From Thecamonas trahens ATCC 50062 (taxonomy: Eukaryota; Protista; Apusomonadida), in assembly GCF_000142905.1 (NCBI RefSeq), contig NW_013657652.1, positions 403,267-422,706 on the forward strand: DNA of 19,440 nucleotides, written 5' to 3'. How positions within the stretch are numbered: the first letter of the stretch is position 1; every line of letters begins with the position of its first letter. Position numbers and translations under genes: made by a program. Under the pieces are notes generated by a model. The model worked only from the letters and a program-made list of their open reading frames with translations. It did not search any database and was not told the origin of the DNA. Below are positions 7,979 through 14,007 of the stretch, in pieces.

Positions 7979-10030
7979 TTACGGAGTTAATTCATGAGGC
8001 AGATGGTGGAAGCCTTGTGGGGTCAAAGTCTGCAAAGCGGTCTGCAAACTCGCTAGCAGCTGCTGCGATGGCAGCGGGTGGCGTGGGTGCGGGCGCTTCC
8101 AGGCCGTCGGCGGGAGGTCGAGCATGCCGGCGAGGATCTCGAGGCCGAACGAGCGTTGGAAGAGCGACTGATCCTCGACGGCGTGGGCCATAGCGGGGCT
8201 GGTGCCAAACTGGACAAAGATGTAAGGGAAGCCTTGCGGGACAGACTTTTGGAGGCCGCCGCGGGCGATGACGTCGATGACCCGCTCATGCGAGGTCCAC
8301 ATGGTATCGCACTCGCTCAGTGCCTTGCGGAAGAACATCGGCGCGAGTGCGCCATCGTCGCGCGAAAGCGGCACGGCGTCGATGGCTGTGTGGACGAGGG
8401 CATCCAACTGGAGAGCGACCTCCACAAAGACGACGTCGCGGCCGGCGGCGGCGTGGTATGCGGTGAGGGCGCGCATAAAGGCTTCGGCCTCGGCAAAAGC
8501 GGCGGCTTCGGTGTTGCGGAAGCTCACCTCGTGGTTCCGCGGCACGATGCGGACGTGACCGTCGACGAGCGGCGCGGCTGCTGCCGCCAAGTACATGTGA
8601 TCGGCAGTGGCGATGACGGCGGCCTTGCGCATTTTTGCAGCGCCAAAGCATAGCGTGCATGCGCCGAGTGCGGCGTCGTGCTTGCGGGTGGCGTTGACCA
8701 TGGCCTGCCGCGCCTTGCGGGCCTGCTTCTCTGACGACTGCGACGCCTTGCGCGACTCCCACATCCGCCACGCCTCGCCGGTCCCGTACTCGTCGTCCTC
8801 GTCGTCGCCACCCAGCGCCCCGCTATACCGCTTGCCCTGTGCCATGACATTCTCGATAAAGGCCGCATCGACGTCAGCCATGCCCTGAAGCTTGGCCGCC
8901 TCGCGCTCGCGGACAAGCAGCTGCTGCGGCGTCAGATCCTCGGCGCCTTCGTCGGCGCGGAGGAACCGGGTCCGCAGCCCAGCCGCATCATGGGTCACCA
9001 GCTTGCGCTTAAGCTTGTTCGGATTGTTCCGGTCGCCGCGAGCAGAGATATGGTCGGTGACTCCAAGCCGCGCCCCGCTGGCGCTTACGCTCACCAGCAT
9101 CTTGGTCTGCGCCGGCGGCGCGAGCTCGGCCTCGAGCTGTGCAACAGTGGCAAAGTCCTTCTTCAGCTTGGCCCGCATAATTCGTGCCGCAATCTTGTTG
9201 CGCTCCGCCGCGGTGAGCGGCGGCCTAGGTGCGGGTGCGGTCGGCGCGGGCGTGGGAGCAGCTACGGGCGCGGGGGCGGCTGCGGGCGGGAGGGCAGCTG
9301 CAGGCGCCAGAGGTGCGGCAAGACTTCCGGGCCGCATCATGCCCGGCCGAGTCGCCTCGAGGTAGCGTGCACGTCCGGAGCTCGCACCGCTGCTGTCCGA
9401 CTGCTGGTCACCGATTGACGCTGTGGTTGATGCTGTCGTGGTCCGATGGGCACGGACACGGTCTCGGAACGACGGCTTGCCACCCGGAGCTTCCGCTGCC
9501 GTTGCCGGCGGGCCCGTCGACAAGCTGCTACCGTTCATAAGAATGAGGCCGTACCGCTGCTGAGGCACCGGTGCCGCGGGAGCGCTGGGTGTCGCCGCAG
9601 GCTCGCCTGCCGCCGAGCTCGGCGGCAGCGTGGGATCGAGCATCCAGGATGCGCGCTGGACCTTGGTCTTGCCTGCGACTCCGTCCTCTGTCAGTGGACG
9701 GCTCCGCTTGTGCGAGCGAGTGTGCGACGTCGAGTCGGAGTAAGAGTTTGCCAAGCTTGCCGAGCTTGCCGAGCTTGCCGCGCGCGGCTCTCCTCCTCTG
9801 GAGCGCCTGCTGCTGCGATGTCTGCCAGAGCGCGAACGCTTGCCCGACCGCGATTTCCGAGTCGACGAGTCACCAGTTCGGCCCGACCGTGAGCGGTGCG
9901 AGCCTGACGAGCGATGCGAGCCCGATGAGCGGTGGCGGGACGAGCGATGCGAGCGGTGGCGGGACGAGCGGTGCGAGCGGTGGCGGGACGAGGAGTCCGA
10001 CGGGCGGTCTTTGTGGCGAGAAGACTCCAT
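7979..10030 (-). CDS. CWF19L2: CWF19-like protein 2 (CwfJ C-terminal domains; intron-lariat spliceosome factor); true stop possibly at 7992
   Basis: RNKIAARIMRAKLK; CTLCF; GHVRIVP..H; VVFVE; HTAIDAVPL; APMFFRKALSECD..W..H; LQKSVPQGFPYIFVQFG; AHAVED...FGLEILAGMLDL; R/S/H-rich N-terminus. The family-typical F..F..FD[W/P]T end (EFADRFADFDPTR) lies in a shifted frame. Confidence 0.9.
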   Translation of the reverse strand: MESSRHKDRPSDSSSRHRSHRSSRHRSHRSSRHRSSGSHRSSGSHRSRSGRTGDSSTRKSRSGKRSRSGRHRSSRRSRGGEPRAASSASSASLANSYSDSTSHTRSHKRSRPLTEDGVAGKTKVQRASWMLDPTLPPSSAAGEPAATPSAPAAPVPQQRYGLILMNGSSLSTGPPATAAEAPGGKPSFRDRVRAHRTTTASTTASIGDQQSDSSGASSGRARYLEATRPGMMRPGSLAAPLAPAAALPPAAAPAPVAAPTPAPTAPAPRPPLTAAERNKIAARIMRAKLKKDFATVAQLEAELAPPAQTKMLVSVSASGARLGVTDHISARGDRNNPNKLKRKLVTHDAAGLRTRFLRADEGAEDLTPQQLLVREREAAKLQGMADVDAAFIENVMAQGKRYSGALGGDDEDDEYGTGEAWRMWESRKASQSSEKQARKARQAMVNATRKHDAALGACTLCFGAAKMRKAAVIATADHMYLAAAAAPLVDGHVRIVPRNHEVSFRNTEAAAFAEAEAFMRALTAYHAAAGRDVVFVEVALQLDALVHTAIDAVPLSRDDGALAPMFFRKALSECDTMWTSHERVIDVIARGGLQKSVPQGFPYIFVQFGTSPAMAHAVEDQSLFQRSFGLEILAGMLDLPPTAWKRPHPRHPLPSQQLLASLQTALQTLTPQGFHHLPHELTP
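9891..9992. repeat. Coding tandem repeats (24-nt and 18-nt units) encoding (SSRHRSHR)n and (SSGSHR)n
   Basis: gagcggtggcgggacgagcg[a/g]tgc occurs about 2.7 times at 9927-9992, with adjacent related 18-nt units. Confidence 0.85.
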
Positions 10031-10227
10031 GACGGTGAGAGGAGCTCAAGTCCGGGTGCAAAGCCGCTGTCTGTCGGCGAGGCGGTGGTGGTGAGGAGGG
10101 AAGGGTGCGGTGGTGGTCGGTGACGGTGGAGGCAGGCAGGCAGTACAAGACTGCCGACTGAGCTGAGATGGCGCGCCATGTCGCACTCGGGAGGCACCCG
10201 TCTGCGTGAGCCAAGCCTCGTCCGCTT

Positions 10228-10258
10228 CCACACCCACACCCACACCCACACCCACACC
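10228..10258. repeat. (CCACAC)n hexamer microsatellite in the CWF19L2-BUD31 spacer
   Basis: About five CCACAC units read directly. Confidence 0.85.
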
Positions 10259-10389
10259 AACACATCACTCCCTCTCACACACCCTACACCCCACACCCCA
10301 CACTCCACGCCTCACACCCGTACCTTAGTTCCCACAAACACCCGGTCCCCCCCCCCCTCCCCCCCCCTCCCCCACACACAGGCAGAGCC

Positions 10390-10856
10390 ATGCCCAAGAT
10401 CAGGACCAACAGGACGAGGCGGCCGCCGCAGGGCTTTGATGACATTGTACCGACGCTTGATCAGTTTGAAGAAGAGATGCGGAGGGCAGAGAATGATGAC
10501 GGCGTAGGCAAGCGCAAAGTCCAGCTTACGTGGGAGGTGCTCAAGCTGCACCATGCCCGGACTCGATACGTGTACAACCTGTTCTATGTCCGCAAGGTCA
10601 TCTCGCGCGAACTGTATCAGTGGCTGGTCGATGAGGGCTACGCCGATGCGCTGCTGATGGCAAAGTGGAAGAAGGCCGGGTATGAGAAGCTCTGCTGTCT
10701 GTCTTGCATCCAGACTCGTGACCACAACTTTGGCACCACGTGCATCTGCCGCGTCCCGCGTGCCCAGCTCGATTCGGACCGCATCGTCGAGTGCGCCCAC
10801 TGCGGCTGCCGCGGCTGCGCCTCGGGCGACGTGCCGGGCAAAACCGCTTTAACAAC
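10390..10856 (+). CDS. BUD31: BUD31/G10 spliceosomal protein; 3' end runs into the assembly gap
   Basis: MPKIRT..RPPQGFD.I.PTL; LHHARTRYVYNLFY; ISRELY; AKWKKAGYEKLCCLSCIQTRDHNFGTTCICRVP; ECAHCGCRGCASGD, i.e. a complete G10 domain. No in-frame stop before the Ns. Confidence 0.97.
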
Positions 10857-11134
10857 NNNNNNNNNNNNNNNNNNNNNNNNNNNNNNNNNNNNNNNNNNNN
10901 NNNNNNNNNNNNNNNNNNNNNNNNNNNNNNNNNNNNNNNNNNNNNNNNNNNNNNNNNNNNNNNNNNNNNNNNNNNNNNNNNNNNNNNNNNNNNNNNNNNN
11001 NNNNNNNNNNNNNNNNNNNNNNNNNNNNNNNNNNNNNNNNNNNNNNNNNNNNNNNNNNNNNNNNNNNNNNNNNNNNNNNNNNNNNNNNNNNNNNNNNNNN
11101 NNNNNNNNNNNNNNNNNNNNNNNNNNNNNNNNNN
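10857..11134. other. Assembly gap (278 N)
   Basis: Run of Ns. Confidence 1.
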
Positions 11135-11136
11135 CG

Positions 11137-11304
11137 GCCGTCGTCCAGTACCTGGAGGAGCAGCGCCGCAAGATGCGCGAGGCCATTGACGCCGCAAGCT
11201 CGTCGGCCGGCCCGTCCTCCGTTGAGGCCTCGGTCCGTGGCGCTGTTGCCGACGTCGAGGCCCTCCAGTCGACACTCGCCGCCGAGGACGGAGCCGCTCA
11301 GTGA
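11137..11304 (+). CDS. 3' end of an unidentified helical/coiled-coil protein (start in the gap, or a BUD31 extension)
   Basis: AVVQYLEEQRRKMREAIDAA...VADVEALQSTLAAEDGAAQ* with GC-rich third positions. Being in frame with BUD31 depends on the estimated gap length. Confidence 0.5.
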   Translation, partial: AVVQYLEEQRRKMREAIDAASSSAGPSSVEASVRGAVADVEALQSTLAAEDGAAQ

Positions 11305-11374
11305 GGCCTGGCCTGTGAGCGTGCAGTTTGGGCAGAGTGTATTTCGCATCGCTGCCGAGGCGCGCAGCCGCCGC

Positions 11375-12217
11375 TCACTCGCCACCGGCCGAGTAGCCGA
11401 ATAGCACGCCTAGAATGGCGTCCCACACCCAGCGCAGCGATTGCCAGATCCGGAGAATGAACTTGTCGATCTCGGTCGGCGCTCCGGGGAGCGTCGTCAG
11501 CGCCGGCGGCGGAAGCATGCCCGGCACCACCACCACCGCGGGGCGGCGTATGTTCAAATCGGTGGTCGAGGCAACAACTACCACAGCGCTCCGTGCTGTA
11601 GGCTCACCCTCGTCCTCGTTGGCTCGCACCACTTCATCGGTCACGCTCGCCCGGTTCGCCTCCACGCATTCGCGTATCATCGGCTCCGGCGCCGCTGGCA
11701 TGCACTCGGCCAGCACGACAACGCCCCCTGCCGCTGCTGCGCAATCGTCGGTCAAGCCTTCGCCGCACACGTCCCCGCCCTCGGCCGCTTCAGGCTCCAC
11801 GCCAGGCGGGCCGGCATCAGCCGATGCCCCGGCGAAAGAGTCGCCGTTGGCCTGGCCAGCAGCAGCAGACCAGGCAAAAGACCACCACGACTCGCCGCCC
11901 GTCGGCTCGGCGAGCGGAGGGTCCAGGCAAGCCTCTGCATGCGAGGCCAGAGGATCAGGTCCACCCTCGCCGTCGTCAAGGTCAAGCACCACCCAAGCAT
12001 CGGCGTCGGCACCATCGTCGGCATCACGGTTGAGCACCAGCTCGGCCGCGGCCGCCGGCGCGCTGGCGCCGTCTTCGGCCGTGTTCCCGTTCCATGGAAC
12101 ACTCTCGTCAGGTGCGTGTTCCTCAAACACGGTGGCGGGCGAAGGGCCAGGGCCAACGTCACGAGCCTCATCAACCCCCTCGTCGAGCTGCATCGACCGG
12201 TCGTTGTTGCTACTCAT
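11375..12217 (-). CDS. Acidic, probably disordered orphan protein (280 aa) with a LIR-like motif and a C-terminal hydrophobic/amphipathic helix
   Basis: Rich in GAG/GAC/GCC codons on the minus strand; the overlapping plus ORFs have S/A/T-rich shadow composition. The frame stays open for about 34 codons upstream of the ATG, so the start is uncertain. Confidence 0.6.
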   Translation of the reverse strand: MSSNNDRSMQLDEGVDEARDVGPGPSPATVFEEHAPDESVPWNGNTAEDGASAPAAAAELVLNRDADDGADADAWVVLDLDDGEGGPDPLASHAEACLDPPLAEPTGGESWWSFAWSAAAGQANGDSFAGASADAGPPGVEPEAAEGGDVCGEGLTDDCAAAAGGVVVLAECMPAAPEPMIRECVEANRASVTDEVVRANEDEGEPTARSAVVVVASTTDLNIRRPAVVVVPGMLPPPALTTLPGAPTEIDKFILRIWQSLRWVWDAILGVLFGYSAGGE

Positions 12218-12804
12218 GCCGTATCCTTGTTCTACGCTGTGCCGCTTGTTATCGCGCTTCTTGGGCTCCTCTTGCTCCTTCTGCTTCGGCTCGAGAGTGA
12301 GGCGTGGCCGAATTCGTTGCTATCACCAATTTTTTCCCCGGCACGAGTGCCTTGTGCACGCCTGCCGAGCCATGCTCAGGAGCCTGCACCTCGCCCTGTG
12401 CCCGTGCGCCCGCATTGCCGAGCTCCGCTGCCTGCCTCACACTGCTCCATCTCTTTGAAGAATGCCTCGCATCATGTCATGGGTGCTTCATCACATCACA
12501 GCCGATCAACACATGCAGCCGCCTTGCCCTCATCGCCCAACCGTTCGACGCTGTAAGCTGCGACGTCATTCGCGCAATGAAGCTCGCGCGGCCACATTAC
12601 CTGCAGCAAACGTACATCAGAGCAGTAGCAGAACACACTCTATCCACAGCTCCACTGCATCCATCATCCATCGCTTGAAATGATTGAAATTGACGACGTC
12701 AGACCGAAACCTCACGCACTCAACGCATCCACCCCTCCGTTCTCCTCTCCCCCCTCCTCCCCCCCCTCCCTTCCCGTCATACACACAGACACATATATAC
12801 AACC

Positions 12805-14007
12805 ATGGCTGACGACATGGTGCGGGCCGAGACCGAGCTGGGAATGGCGCTCGAGGCGTACCGAGCGTCGCTGAGGGAGGCCCGCGACCGACAGCGGCGG
12901 CTGGAGAAGGCCCTCTCCAACGCGAGCTTTGAGCTGACCCGTGCACGCGAAGGCGTGGCCATGGGCATGGGCTCTACAGCAGAGGCCGAGACATCAACTA
13001 AGGTGCAGAGAGAGGGGAACGAGCAAGGCAGCGGTGCGGCAGAGGCGGCGCGGCAGAGCCTCGACGAGGCTGTGGCAAGAGCCAAGGTGGTCCTGCCCCG
13101 GCCTGGCGCGCTCTACTTTCAGCTCATGGTCGGCTCGGTCAACATCCGGATGATTGGCGAGGACGAGCGGTGGACGTTCAAGGAAGAGTACGAGTGGTTC
13201 AAGAACGTAGCCATGCAGCTCTCGGTCTTTGTCACCCTACTGGTGTACTGGGTCAATCGTCCGTGGCTCGACACCCTCTTCCATGCCCTCGTCCTCTACT
13301 ATTACTTCTCCATCACGCTCCGCGAGCACATCCTTCTGGTCAACGGCTCCAACATCCGCCGCTGGTGGCGCCGCCACCACTACATCACCATCCTCCTCAC
13401 CGCAGTCCTCCTCACATGGCCGCCCAAGTCGGACTCCTGGCATCTGTTCCGCAACACCTTTACCGGCTTCATCATCTACATCGGCTGCCTCCAGATGCTG
13501 CAGTACCGCTACCAGCGCGCCCGCCTCCAAGTCCTCCGCTCACTCGGCCAGACAGAAGGCACAGACGTCGTTAACTCGGACACCACCCAGATGCACTGGA
13601 CCTCGTCCATGTTGTTCCTTCTGCCCTTCCTCTTTGTCGGTCAGTTCTTCCAGCTCTACATCGGCTACTTTCTCATCGCCCTCTTCCGCACAAGCCCCTC
13701 CATCGAGTGGCAGGTCCCTGTTGCAGGCGTCCTTTACATAGCCCTTGGCATCGGCAACCTCTTCACCACCCTTCGCGTCGTCTACTTCCGCTATGCCGCT
13801 GCCACAGACGTCCACGCCTCTCGCGCCCGCCGCGCAAGTCAGCCCTTCTCACCCCCAAGCTCCGCTCCGAGTAGTCCATCGCATTCGGTGGCTGCTTTGC
13901 CGCTTGCTCCGCATCAAACTCGCCTCGTGACCCAGCTTCCCCTCCCCCCTCCCCTTGTGTGCCGTCGTCATGGACGTGCTCGTCACCACTGCCATGCTGG
14001 CAGCTAG
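12805..14007 (+). CDS. TMEM120: TMEM120/TMPIT (TACAN) family membrane protein; true stop possibly at 13874
   Basis: N-terminal coiled coil; GSVNIRM; FKEEYEWFK; YYYFSITLREHILLVNGSNIRRWW..HHY; LLTWP; QMLQYRYQRARL..LRSLG; LFLLPFLFVGQFFQLY; GNLFTTLRVV. Confidence 0.95.
   Translation: MADDMVRAETELGMALEAYRASLREARDRQRRLEKALSNASFELTRAREGVAMGMGSTAEAETSTKVQREGNEQGSGAAEAARQSLDEAVARAKVVLPRPGALYFQLMVGSVNIRMIGEDERWTFKEEYEWFKNVAMQLSVFVTLLVYWVNRPWLDTLFHALVLYYYFSITLREHILLVNGSNIRRWWRRHHYITILLTAVLLTWPPKSDSWHLFRNTFTGFIIYIGCLQMLQYRYQRARLQVLRSLGQTEGTDVVNSDTTQMHWTSSMLFLLPFLFVGQFFQLYIGYFLIALFRTSPSIEWQVPVAGVLYIALGIGNLFTTLRVVYFRYAAATDVHASRARRASQPFSPPSSAPSSPSHSVAALPLAPHQTRLVTQLPLPPPLVCRRHGRARHHCHAGS

Noticed and set aside
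9891-9992. Tandem repeats as a possible CRISPR-like or mobile array
   Set aside because: No unique spacers, unit lengths are multiples of 3, and they encode the RS-like N-terminus of CWF19L2.
10390-11304. 304-aa BUD31 fusion ORF in the track
   Set aside because: Continuity is produced by translating Ns; the gap length is only an estimate.
11415-12556. Plus-strand ORFs of 347 and 371 aa
   Set aside because: Composition is that of antisense shadows of the acidic minus-strand ORF; not fully excluded without RNA data.
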